Origin: Octopus sinensis
Lineage: Eukaryota
NCBI RefSeq assembly: GCF_006345805.1
Contig: NC_043020.1
Span: 6,882,001 to 6,946,000 of the forward strand
DNA length: 64,000 bases
Direction: 5' to 3'
The translations under genes were made by a program, and so were the position numbers. This document shows positions 27,260-39,840 of this stretch, one piece after another; within the stretch, counting starts at the first letter, position 1; each line of letters starts with the position of its first letter. The notes beneath the pieces are model-generated. The model had not been told where the DNA came from. It searched no databases and saw only the letters and a list, made by a program, of their open reading frames with translations.

Positions 27260-28489
27260 GTCACCATATTTAATTCCATAACAGCCACCTTTGATGAGCG
27301 TAGGGTTAGATAATCTGACGGTTACCTAACACTCTATTGAACCCCTAGTGCGAAACTGATTGGTAAGATTGTGTGTGTGTGTGTGTATGATGGCATGTGG
27401 CTTAGTGGTTGAGGTGTTTGGTTAACAACTGCAAGGTCATGAGTTCAATTCCTGCAGGAATGTATTCTTGAGCAAGTCATTCTATTTCTCCTTGTTCCAG
27501 TCTACTCAGCTGGCAAAAGCGAGTTGGACCTGGAATTCAAAGGACCAACCTTTTACCATTTTGCGGCTCACTCAATCTCCCTGAGAACTGCATTAAGGAT
27601 GCGCATATCTGTGGAGCACTCAGCCACTAGTGTGTTTAATTTCATGAGCAGGCTGTTCCATTGATCAGACTGACCGGAAGTCAGGTCATCATAAGCAATG
27701 GTGTGCTAGTTTTACAGTTAGGTGGCGTGTACCAACATCGTCCAGGATGACCAGATTGTGGGACGATGATGTGGTGAAGTGTGAACGACAGGTGGTGGGG
27801 GCAGTGGGGGTATGTAGGTCAATGCTGTAGGACTGATGGAATGGAAAGAGTAAGAGGAAGAGAAGAAAGAAGAGAGAGAGAGAGAGGAAAAGGAGGAAAT
27901 CGTTAAGTGTGTTTCCTTGCCTCCCCCACCACGACCATCACTCAAAATACTCCCCTTACATCATTTCTCTATGGTAATTATGTAGCTGGAAGTTGACCAG
28001 ACAGAGGACACACACAGCCATACACACACAGTCATATACTCACACACACACACACACACAGTTATATGCTCATGTAAGCATACACACACAGTTATCTATA
28101 TTTACATACATAAACACAACCCTACATATATGTATGCAGTTAACCACACATACACACAATTGTACAACCACACACGCACACACAAACTACTATCATATAC
28201 ATACATTATAATGCACATGCACACACACACACACGCACACGCGCACTAGACAAAGATTGGTGAAGTTCCAAACCAAACCATCCATTCTGGCCCGCCCCGT
28301 GCCAACCACCCTCTCGCACAGACGCCCCACCCAGTCTCTCCTCGCATGACCCACTATCCTCTACTTGACCACCAGATGGAGTGGTTGTAACTGAGGAGGG
28401 GGGAAATGTGAGGTGGGGTTGCGGAAGAGAGAAGAGGAGCGCCTGGCTTCTGTTTATTGTAAGAGATGTTATGGACAAAGAATGATGAC

Positions 28490-29225
28490 GACGACAACAT
28501 CATCGTCATCATTATCATCATCGTCATCATCATTGACACCATAAGCATAATCATCATCACCACCACCTCCACACCACCATTATCATCATTATCAACACCA
28601 CCATCATCATAAACATCATCATCGTCATCATCATCGTCATCATCATTGACACCATAAGCATAATCATCATCACCACCACCTCCACCACCACCATTATCAT
28701 CATTATCAACACCACCATCATCATAAACATCATCATCGTCATCATCATCATCATCATCATTGACACCATAAGCATAATCATCATCACCACCACACCCACC
28801 ATCACCACCACCATTATCATCATCATAATAAACATTGTAATCATTATCATCGTCATCATCATTGACATCGTCATCATCATCAACATCATCGTCATCATCA
28901 TTGACATCATCATCGACATCATCATCATCATCACCACCACACCCACCACCACCACCATTATCGTCATCATCATAAACGTCATCGTCACAATCGTCATCAT
29001 CATCATTATCATAACCATCGTCATCATCTCCGTCATTATCATCAACCCCGCCACCACCATCACCCTCACCACAACCATCATCAACTTAATCATGATTTGC
29101 ATTGCTGTCATCACCATTATTCCGTCATCATCATCGATTCTACTGTCATCATCATCATTATCATCATCATGGCTATTATCATCACCATCACCAGCATCAT
29201 CATCATCATCATCATCAACAACAGC
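28490..29225. repeat. (CAT/CAC)n array with ~114-bp higher-order repeat
   Basis: gacaccataagcataatc recurs at 28535, 28648 and 28762. Confidence 0.9.
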
Positions 29226-29799
29226 ATTAGATTAGTCTCCCTAATAACAACAACAACAGCATGAACGACAAGTCTGTCTGCTTGGGAGTGGTGGGCGAGG
29301 ATGTAAGCTACAAGAGCAACACATAACAACATCTATTATAACAACAACAACAACATTATACTGAAGCTCTGACTTGGGTTACTTTAATAACAACAACAAT
29401 TATACAAACAGCAAAAATGGCAGCCAGAATAAGTCAAAGGCCTGCTAGAAATAACAGCCAAATTCATTCAGATTACTCCTTGGTGGGTTAAGAAAGGGAA
29501 GACCAGATTTGCTAAGGACATCATTGCCATCATCATCATCATCATCATCATCATAATTGTTACCATCATCATCACCACCACCACCACCATCATTATAATA
29601 ATAAATACCATCATCATCATAATCTCCATCATCATCATCATCATCATGACGATCATCATCATCATGACCATCATCATCATAACGGGGATGGTCGTGAATG
29701 GAACACCTTTGATCATAGGTCTGCTCAGTTAGGACTGACCTGGAGCTAATCGAGAAACATGACAACCACAACAACAAACACAACTACCACCACCACCAC

Positions 29800-30170
29800 C
29801 ACCACCGCTACTACTTCATGAACAAACATCACAACAACACATACAACAACAACAACAACTGCTACCACTACTACTTCTGCAATGACCACAACAGCAACAA
29901 CAACCACAGCAACAGTCACATTAACCCCAACAGCAACTATCACCACCACTACAACACCAACAATTACTACTACTGCTGCTGCTACTACAACAGCAACTAT
30001 CAGCACCACTACAACACCAACAATTACTACTACAACAGCAACTATCACCACCACTACAACACCAACAATTACTACTACTACTACTGCTGCTTCAACAACA
30101 ACAACAGCAGCAGCAACTACCACTGCCACTACAACAATAACAACAACAACACCTACAGCAACAAACAAGC
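29800..30170. repeat. (ACA/ACT/ACC)n triplet array with repeated subunits
   Basis: aactatcaccaccactacaacaccaacaattactactac occurs three times. Confidence 0.85.
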
Positions 30171-30499
30171 TGTACATCTGCCAAGTTAATCTGTTGCCGT
30201 TCTTAACCTCGTCTTTCTTAATTGGAACTTTCTTGAATCAACCTCTGGGACGTATTGATTTACGGTGTGGGGCAGGGGAAGGAGTAGGCGGGGGGGGGGG
30301 GACGGAGTATTAAGGGGGTATATTTATTTAGGGAATGTACTGTTTAGTTAGGGAGTCTACTTTAAACCTCAAAAATAAGGAGGATGAGGAGGAAGAGGAG
30401 GGGGAAAAACACTGAAAAAAACGGGAGTTCAACATTTGGTAAATAACAGGGGACAGATTGTCACAGGTGACTATTTTAACCCCTTAGAATTCAGAACCA

Positions 30500-30680
30500 C
30501 TATAATCCGACCGAGCTTGCCCAGACACTTTTAACCCGCATACGCCGTCCATCTCAGTCCAACATTTGCTGAGGGGGGGGGGGTCTTTGGGGAGGCATCT
30601 GGTGTTTCTGACGAGCTGGTCTGCATACGTTGTGTTCGGACAACCTGCTCGAGTACAGCCATGCTTTGGCATCCATAGCA
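30500..30680 (-). mobile_element. 3' end of an RTE-like LINE
   Basis: LWMPKHGCTRAGCPNTTYADQLVRNTRCLPKD resembles the LWxPxHGxRxxGRPxxTYxDQL C-terminus. Confidence 0.65.
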
Positions 30681-31327
30681 TTCAGATTAGTCTGTCAAAT
30701 GTAATGCTTATCATCATCATCACCATCATTTAACATCTGCTTTCTAAGCTGGCATGGGTTGGAGGGTGTGACTGGAACTGGTAAACTGGAGAGCTGCACC
30801 AGGTTCCAGTCTGATTTGGCATGGTTTCTACGGCCAGCCAGCTGGACAGACAGGCAGACGGATGGACGGACGGATGGAGAGATGGATGGATAGATAGATA
30901 GATAGATAGAGATAGATAGATAGGTAGAGAGAGAGATATATTTCTTTATTAGCCACACAGAGCTGCACACAGATGGGACAAATTACAAGGTAGAGCTTTT
31001 CTTTTTGGGGATAAAAAAGGGGGTTTGGTTTTCGATCAAAAGGGATCGTAAAAGGAAAGAAAGAGGAAAGCAAAAAAAAGGAAAAAGAAAAAATCGATCA
31101 ATAGGGATCGTTATCACAGAAATGTCAATATAAAGTGTAAAGGGAAGGACAGGTGAGATTTACCCGTGGAAAGAAAAGCCTACGGAAAAGACCACGATAA
31201 CCTCGGTCAATGAAGTCACATGACTAAGATAGATAGATAGATAGAGATAGATAGATACATAATATTATTGGTTAATAAAATGAATGGTTTACAGCTGGTA
31301 GCTTACTGGTAACTATATGAGAATTTA

Positions 31328-31439
31328 TTTATCTTAACAATTGTTTCGACACATCTAGCATTGATCCCTCACAGGTGGAACACTCAACAACTGGTTCAGG
31401 AGCATCTGGCAGTGCAGGTGTATTTCATAAGGTGATAAA
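31328..31439 (-). ncRNA. Type I hammerhead motif, degenerate (core CUUAUGA, cleavage triplet GUU)
   Basis: Reverse complement reads tttatcac-cttatga-aatacacct...agatgtgtc-gaaac-aatt-gtt-aagataaa. Confidence 0.6.
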
Positions 31440-31668
31440 TAGACACAACTCATTAAAATAAGAGTTCCACAATGTAATTTCGAAAACGTAATTTCAAAAG
31501 AAAAGCAGATGGAACACCTGTATTGCGTGTTCGTTTCACTTTCTTCCATCTGTGATTTTATTTTTGATCTTCTATGTAAATGAGGATATTTCCTCTGTCT
31601 GGCTGCTTTTCTTTCTACAAAATAAGAAATTACATTGTGGAACTGTTATTTTAACAAGTTATGTCTAC

Positions 31669-31768
31669 TTATCACCTGATGAGATACATCTACACCGCCA
31701 GATGCTCCTGAATCAGTTGTTGAGTGTCCCACCCATGAGGGATGTGTTGAAACAATTGTCATGATTAA
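31669..31768 (+). ncRNA. Type I hammerhead ribozyme motif with intact catalytic core
   Basis: CTGATGA 31676-82; stem II gatacatc/gatgtgtt; GAAA 31749-52; C-AATT-GTC 31753-60 (predicted cleavage after C31760); stem I ttatcac/atgattaa is imperfect. Confidence 0.8.
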
Positions 31769-32719
31769 TAAATTCTCGTATATTCCATCTTCCATTTGCC
31801 CCAGTGGTTAGGGCAGCGGATTCGCGGTTGGAGGATCGCGGTTTCGATTCCCAGACCGGGCGTTGTGTGTATTTATTGAGTGAAAACACCTAAAGCTCCA
31901 CGAGGCTCTGGCAGGGGTGGTGGCGACCCCTCTTGTACAAGTTAAATGGCAGTGCCCCAGCATGGCCACAGCTCGTGAGCTGAAACTAGATAAAATAAAA
32001 AAAAATTTTTTTAAATATATATATATATAATAAATATTTTTGACCAATAGGTGCACAGTCGGGCTGCACGGGCATTAGCCACACTTGAATGGAGCTTTTT
32101 ACATGCCGTGGCACAGGTGCCAGTCAGGTGGCACAGGTGCCAGTCAGGTGGCACTGGCATCAGTATATATTATAAACAACATTGCATTAATTAATTTCGA
32201 ACAGCAGTAATGACATACACACCTCTTCAGGTGATAGAATCAAAATCTTTTGGATCAAATTCTGATTCCACACATTTTATACCAAATTTGTAATATCTGT
32301 CCGTAGAATTCTAAAAATAGTATTTTAATGTAGATATAAAATATGGGGAAATTATACCATACTACCCTAAAATAACAGGTACTTTGAATGATGTAGTCTT
32401 AGATACACTATGCCAAGATAAAGGAATGGCAAAATCAGCCTGAAATAGCAGTTATATATCCTTGAAATTACATCTTACTTTCTCGAAAATAGGAAGGACA
32501 CTTTGGATGATGTGGTCTGAGATACACTATGACTGAATTAAATGATAGGACAGATACGTTTGAAAGAGTTTTTTTTTTATCATAGGTCACTTTGACCTGA
32601 GTCGGCCTGGGGCTAAACAACAGTAACAATTACAACAAAGACCATGTGTTTTACAAACCTTTTAAAATATACCTTTCTTTTTTATCACTGGACTGTGACA
32701 ATTTACTGAGAGAATAAGT

Positions 32720-33300
32720 AGGGGTGGGTCATGACAGCCACAAGGGGATGGTGGGGACGATGGTGGATGTGGTGGTGGTGATAAGGGTATTGGTAGTGGT
32801 GGTGGTAGTGGTGGTGATGGTGGCAATGATAGTGGTGGTGGATGTAGTAGCAGTGGTGGTGGAGGTAGTGGCAGTGGTGGTGGAGGTAGTGGCAGTGGTG
32901 GTGGAGGTAGTGGCAGTGGTGGTAGTGGCAGTGGTGGTGGAGGTAGTGGCAGTGGTTGTGGAGGTGGTGGAGGTAGTGGCAGTGGTGGCAGAGGTAGTGG
33001 CAGTGGTGGTGGAGGTAGTGGCAGTGGTGGCGGAGGTAGTGGCAGTGGTGGTGGAGGTAGTGGCAGTGGTGGCCGAGGTAGTGGCAGTGGTGGTGGAGAT
33101 AGTGGTGGTGGTGGAAGAAGAGGTAGTGGTGGTGGTAGTGGCAGTGAATGTGGTGGTGGTGTTAGTGGTGGTTCTCCTGCAGATGCCCATAGTAGCAATG
33201 GTGGTAGTGGTAGTGATGACAGGTGGAAGCCCATAAGGTTCCTGACAAAGGTGGTGAGGAGTGACAGTTGTGGTGGTAGTGCAGGAGTAGTAGTGTGAGT
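32720..33300. repeat. (GTG)n array with a 21-bp unit gaggtagtggcagtggtggtg
   Basis: About ten tandem 21-bp units from ~32850 to ~33095. Confidence 0.9.
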
Positions 33301-33876
33301 AGAGAGGTTCAAAGCAGTCAGATGGGGTAACAGGGAGCTGTAAGTAATACTGGGGTCACAACAGAATTAACAGAGCATGTGACACCCACCCAATTGTTGA
33401 GCTCATACATGAACAGCAACAAGAATTTATACACACACACATGCCATAAGTGTGTGTGTGTATAATGTGTATATGAATATATATTGTTGAAATGTATAGA
33501 AAAACAAAAAACAAAGATGGGTGTATGAACAACAAGCAGGTGTATTAGTTTGATGCGCGGGAAAATGAAAAGGTTTTTATATTTTGAGCCTACGCTCTTC
33601 AACAGGAAGGAATAAGAGAAAATAAACAGAGAGAGATATGTGTGCACATGTATTTGTGTGGTGTGTGTGTGTGTGTGAGAGTGTGTATGACAAGCTTCTT
33701 TCAGTTTCCATCTACTAAATCCACTCACAAGGTTTTAGTCGGCCCGAGGCTATAATAGAAGACACTTGCCCAAGGTACCACACAGTGGGACTGAACCTGG
33801 AACCATGTGGTTGGTAAGCAAGCTACTTATCACACAGCCACTCTTGCACCTATATACACACACACACATATATATA

Positions 33877-34371
33877 TCTTTATATATAAAAGAGAGGTTG
33901 TGTGTCTGTCTTCTACGATTTAGATTCCTAACTACTCCCACATTTTGCGGTGCAGTCTAACCAAAACCGGGTATCTTATAGTCGTGATTAATATCGAGCC
34001 CTTCTGGGTATTAGCGCGCGTCTAAGATGAGTCTACGATTTAAAAAATAGTTTACCATCATTTTTTTCCTTTTTAATGCATTTTTTCGCTATTATACAAG
34101 GGAAGTAACTCTCTAAAAATGTCTACGATGAGTCAACGATTTAAAAAAACATTTACCATCATTTTTTCCATTTTAATGCATTTTTTCGCTATTATATAAG
34201 GGAAGTAACTCTAAAAATGTCTACAATGAGTCAACGATTTAAAAAAAAATTTACCATCATTTTTTTTCTATTTTTAATGCATTTTTTGCTATTTTTTGGC
34301 TATAACTCTCTAAAAATGCGTATATAGTTATTTCCCTTACAAACCCGAGCAACGCCGGGCGATACTGCTAG
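33877..34371 (+). mobile_element. Non-autonomous Helitron
   Basis: 5' TC after A; 3' hairpin cccgagcaacgccggg followed by CTAG then T; three internal ~100-bp tandem repeats. Confidence 0.85.
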
Positions 34372-36569
34372 TATATATATATATTATATATATATATATA
34401 GCTGAAATTTATGGAAAAACAAAGATGAAGACAGGTGTATGAACATCAAGCAAGTGTATTAGTTTGACACTCGGGGAAAAATTAAAAAGTCTTTTATGTT
34501 TTGAGCCAACGCTCTTCAACAGAAAGGAATAAGAGAAAATAAACAGAGAGAGAATGTAAAAAACTCGTAGATTTCAGTGGTCCAGCATAGCAGCCATGAG
34601 ATACTGGGTTCAGTCCCACTGTGTGGCACCTAGATCAAGTTTCTTCTGCTATAGACTTGGGTCGACCAAAGCTTTGTGAGTGGATTTGGTAGGCGGAAAC
34701 TGAAAGAAGCCTGTCATATATGTGTGTGTGCAAAATAATATGCATACAGGCATACAACACACACACACACACACAAACACACCACTTTCTTCTATTCTCA
34801 TTCTCTCTCTCTCTTGACCATCCCCTCTCCCTCAGACTGAGGTAACCAAGTATCTCCTCAACAGTAAACACACACTGGTTTCTGTCCTCATTCATGATCT
34901 CTCTCTCTCTCTCTCTCTCTCTCTAACTGGGATAACCATGTACTTCCCCTACAGCCTGACACCTCTTTCTATTTCGCTGTCATACTCTAACATCTCATCA
35001 CCTGGCACAAAGCCACCTCCTCCAATGCCAACAGCCCACCTCTCAAATGATCTTTATTTTGCGAGTTACTTGGTGGTTGAATCAGTGCTGCTGCCACATA
35101 AAAAGCATCCAATCTAATTTGTAAAGTGATTGGCATTTTGAAGAGCATCCAGCTGTAAAAACCATGCCAAAATTGACCCCACCTGTACTGGTGCCATGTA
35201 TTAAGCACTCGGGGTACACTGCAAGGTGGTTGGCATACAGCCATAAGAACCATACCAAAGCAGACCTCACTGGTGCTGGTGCAATATAAAAAGCACTCGG
35301 TCCACTCTGTAAGGTAGTGGTTGGTGTCAGGAAGGGCATCAAGCCATAGAACCTTGTGTCAAAACAGACAGTGAAGCCTGGTGCAGCCCCCTGGCTTGCC
35401 AGCTCCTGTCAAACCATCATTTTGATGTCAGCATGGATGGCGGATATTAAATGATGAGGATGATGATGATATACTCTCTCTCTCTTTTACTTGTTTCAGT
35501 CATGTGACTGTGGCCATGCTGGAGCACCGCCTTAGGTCGAGCAAGTCGACCCCAGGACTTATTCTTTGTAAGCCTAGTACTTATTCTATCAGTCTCTTTT
35601 TGCTGAACGACTAAGTTACGAGGACGTAAACACACCACGTAAACATGGCTGTCAAGCGATGTTGAGGGGACAAACCTACACACACACATACATATATATA
35701 CATATATACGACGGGCTTCTTTCAGTTTCCATCTACCAAATCCACTCACAAGGCTTTGGTCGGCCCGAGGCTATAGTAGAAGACACTTGCCCAAGGTGCC
35801 ACGCAGTGGGACTGAACCCGGAACCATGTGGTTAGTAAGCAAACTACGTACCACACAGCCACTCCTACGCCTACATATATATAATATATATAACATATAT
35901 ATAGGTGGCATGTATATATAACATATATATAGGTGGCACGTAAAAAGCACCCACTACACTCACGGAGTGGTTGGCGTTAGGAAGGGCATCCAGCTGTAGA
36001 AACATTGCCAGATAAGACTGGAGCCTGGTGCAGCCTTCTGGCTTCCCAGAACCCCGGTCGAACCGTCCAACCCATGCTAGCATGGAGAACGGACGTTAAA
36101 CGATGATGATGATGATGATGATATGAATAAAGATTTGGAATCTGGGCAGGTACCTTATTAGCACTCTGATATAATCCAAATATGGCTAACCACATTGAAT
36201 TGTTTAAGATAAACAACTGCACAGTACTTTAGTCAATAGGTAAATCTCAAGTTTGCTTCATAACAGAAACACGTGTCGGATTGGAATTTGAAGAGAACAA
36301 TACAGTAGTAAATAAATTTTGAAGCTGTATGATTCTCCATTCTTCAGGTGTATGTGTAAAAATATAATGGGCTGCGTTCATGTTCCATCAACCAAATCCC
36401 CTGACCAGGGCTTTGGTTAAACTGAGGCTGAAGTAAAAGAAAAAGTGAAACTGAACCTGAATCCATGAGGTTGGGAAGTGAACAACCAAGCCAAACAACC
36501 ATATTTACATGTGTTTGTGTGTATGAGTGTGTGTATGCGTATAACCTCACATGAATTAGTTGTTTTCAT

Positions 36570-37430
36570 CATCATCATCGTTTAACGTCCGTTTTCCGCG
36601 CTAGCACGGGTTGGACATTTCGACCGAGGATCTGGGAAGCCCGAAGGCTGCACCAGGCTCTAGTCTGATCTGGCAGTATTTCTACAGCTGGATGCCCTTC
36701 CTAACGCCAACCACTCCGAGAGTGTAGTGGGTGCTTTTTACGTGCCACCGGCACAGGTGCCAGACGAGGCTGGCAACCGGCCACGATCGGTTGGTGCTTT
36801 TAACATACCACCGGCACGGAAGCCAGTCAAGGCGGTGCTGGCATCGGCCTCGCTCGGATGGTGCTTTTCGTACCACCGGCACAGGTGCCAGACGAGGCTG
36901 GCAACCGGCCACGATCGGTTGGTGCTTTTAACATACCACCGGCACGGAAGCCAGTCAAGGCGGTGCTGGCATCGGCCTCGCTCAGATGGTGCTTTTTACG
37001 TGCCACACCGGCAGGTGCAGACGAGGCTGGCAACCGGCCACGATCGGTTGGTGCTTTTAACATACCACCGGCACGGAAGCCAGTCAAGGCGGTGCTGGCA
37101 TCGGCCTCGCTCGGATGGTGCTTTTTACGTACCACCGGCACAGGTGCCAGACGAGGCTGGCAACCGGCCACGATCGGTTGGTGCTTTTAACATACCACCG
37201 GCACGGAAGCCAGTCAAGGCGGTGCTGGCATCGGCCTCGCTCAGATGGTGCTTTTTACGTGCCACCGGCACAGGTGCCAGACGAGGCTGGCAACCGGCCA
37301 CGATCGGTTGGTGCTTTTAACATACCACCGGCACGGAAGCCAGTCAAGGCGGTGCTGGCATCGGCCTCGCTCGGATGGTGCTTTTTACGTACCACCAGCA
37401 CAGAAGCCAGTCGAGGCGGCGCTGGCATCA
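36570..37430 (-). mobile_element. (GAT)n-tailed retroelement family D carrying an expanded tandem array of 65-bp modules
   Basis: Tail catcatcatcgtttaacgtcc and core ggaagggcatccagctgtagaaa (minus). Other copies at ~19865-20010, 23205-23350(-), 35060-35465, 35925-36122, 40890-41145, 49375-49830, 53755-54090. Confidence 0.85.
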
Positions 37431-37917
37431 GCTTTATATATTTATTTATTCATTGCCCACAAGGGGCTGAACATAGAGGGGACAAACAAGGACAGACAAA
37501 AGGATTAAGTTCATTACATTGACACTGGTGCATAACTGGTACTTATTTAATCAACCCTGAAAGGATGAAAGGCAAAGTCAACCTTGGTGGGATTTGAACT
37601 CAGAACATAACAGCTAAGCATTTTGACTGGCGTGCTAACATTTCTGCCAGCTTGCTGCCTTAGTTGTTTCATATTATATATATATATATATTTCTTTACT
37701 ACCCACAAGGGGCTAAACATAGAGGGGACAAACAAGGACAGACAAAGGGATTAAGTCGATTACATTGATCCCCCAGTGCGTAACTGGTACTTAATTTATC
37801 AACCCCGAAAGGATGAAAGGCAAAGTTGACCTCAGCGGAATTTGAACTCAGAACACTTAACAGCAGACGAAATACGGCTACGCATTTCACCCGGCGTGCT
37901 AACGTTTCTGCCAGCTC

Positions 37918-37985
<68 letters not shown>

Positions 37986-38099
37986 TACATGTATATATTT
38001 GCACATGCATATTCCCACACATACACAAGTGCATATATGTGTATATATACATATGCTCTCACATACACACACACACACAGATGCATATGTGTGTACAGT

Positions 38100-38144
<45 letters not shown>

Positions 38145-38380
38145 TACATTATATCTTATTTCAGATACCTGTCTATTCCCTTCTGTTTAATTGCCAAAGA
38201 CATTATTGTCAGAAATCTAATTAATTTAATTAATTTCCAGTCTCTTATTGAGTATTCTTAACGAGAAATACCTGACTGCCCGTCATTTGCAATAGATCTA
38301 CATTGTGAAGCATGTCTGCTTCTACTAACAATGTAACATACACGTGTGTGTATATGCATGCGTATATGATTATGTATGTA

Positions 38381-38585
38381 CGAGGGGGTGCTGAAAAGTT
38401 CCTGGCTTTAAGGGTGTCGCGAAAGGCCTGGTTGCAGGCCCAACCTTCTGAGTTCTTTTTACAGGGCTCAGAAAAAGCTGAAGGACCGCTGCAATAAGTG
38501 TGTGAATCTGGGAGGGGAAAACGGTGAATAAATTCCTCCTGCATTTTCTTTTATCCAAAGCCAGGAACTTTCCAGCATATTCTCG
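38381..38585 (+). mobile_element. Internally deleted mariner (MITE)
   Basis: TA on both flanks; TIRs cgagggggtgctgaaaagttcctggcttt / aaagccaggaactttccagcatattctcg; interior resembles a mariner C-terminal remnant. Confidence 0.85.
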
Positions 38586-39509
38586 TATATAGACACATAT
38601 ACACATTCTTTTATTTGTTTCAGTCATTTGACTGCGGCCATGCTGGGGCACCGCTTTTTAGTCGAGCAAATTGACCCCGGGATTTATTCTTTGTAAGCCC
38701 AGTACTTGTTCTATCGGTCTCTTTTGCCAAACCGTTAAGTTACAGGGACGTGAACACATCAACATCAGTTGTCAAGCGAAGGTTGGGGGGGACAAACAGA
38801 CACACAAACACACACACACATATATATATATATATACGATAGGCTTCTTTCAGTTTCCATCTACAAAATCCACTCACAAGGCTTTAGTCACGGTAAGGCT
38901 ATAGTAGAAGACACTTGCCCAAGGTGCCCCAGCATGGCCACAATCTGATAACTGAAACAAATAAAAGAAGATAAAAGATACATGTGTGAGCATGTGTATG
39001 AGGGAGAGAGGGGGAGCATGTCAGTGAGAGTGAAACAGAGAGTGTTAGAGAGAGAGAGAGAGACAAAGAGTGTTAGAGGGAGAGAGAGTGTGTTAGAGAG
39101 AGGGAGAAAGTGTTAGTGAGAGAGAGAGAAAGAGAGATTGTGTTAGAGAGAGAGGAGAGAAAAAGGGAGTGTTAGGGAAAGAGAGTGTGTGAGAGAGAGA
39201 GAGAAAATGAGTTAGACAGAGAGAGAGAGTGTGTGTGTGTGTGTGTGGTGTGTGTGTGTGTGCATGTAGCCTAGGGTTTAGTGTGTTGTATTCACAATTG
39301 CAAGATCTCGATTTCAATGTCCGGACTGGGGTGTCCATTTCAAGTTGCTCTGAGATCATGTCAACGTCTGACGAATGGCACACAACACACCTGTAAATGC
39401 AACATACCTGTAAATGAAATTCGATGAAAGGACTGAGCTGATGCATAAACATCTGCTCACTATAACCCCCCCCCTTCTTCTCCTGTTTATAAGATACAAA
39501 TTCACTCTT

Positions 39510-39840
39510 GCTACGTCTAATTCCTCTCACGCCTAACTTTGCTCTCAACACACCAGCACACTGTAACACATCTACACTGACATCACACATCCCAGCAGAT
39601 CATTCCAGCTTCATTCCTATCTAGTCTTCACATGTCCTCTGCATTCAGGGCCCATGTCTCACTACCATGTAGCTTTGCTGTTCATACACGTGCACCATGG
39701 ATCTTTGGTTACCAACAGAGGTAAAAAGTTCTCTGAACTTACCCCGTTCTATTCTTATTCTGGCAACTATGCTGTCAGTACATCCTCCTCTGCTGCGAAT
39801 TAGGTCACCTTGGTAGCAGTGGTTACTCACAACCTCTAAA
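39510..39840 (-). mobile_element. RTE-clade LINE reverse-transcriptase C-terminal fragment
   Basis: CYQGDLIRSRGGCTDSIVARIRIERGKFREL, then MCDVSVDVLQCAGVLRAKLGVRGIR (RTE YLG..GGC..ARIR..W.KF.EL and WMC.V...LR.KLG motifs). Confidence 0.85.

Noticed and set aside
29882-30313. Thr-rich mucin-like ORF with hydrophobic tail
   Set aside because: Pure triplet microsatellite, open in several frames on both strands; no signal peptide or credible splice sites.
30608-30660. CTGACGAG as another hammerhead core
   Set aside because: No stem II followed by GAAA; it is the antisense of a LINE coding fragment.
30935-31230. Possible LINE 3' UTR on the minus strand (ends aataaagaaat)
   Set aside because: No coding remnant to assign it, so it was left uncalled.
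32662-33312. Poly-Pro / poly-Val / poly-Thr ORFs
   Set aside because: Translations of a (GTG)n-derived 21-bp minisatellite.
36731-37430. CRISPR-like array
   Set aside because: Units are contiguous near-identical repeats without unique spacers; eukaryotic retroelement context; no cas genes.
38280-38340. Possible 53-nt minus-strand exon (VEADMLHNVDLLQMTGSQ)
   Set aside because: Weak acceptor with no polypyrimidine tract, and no homology recognised.
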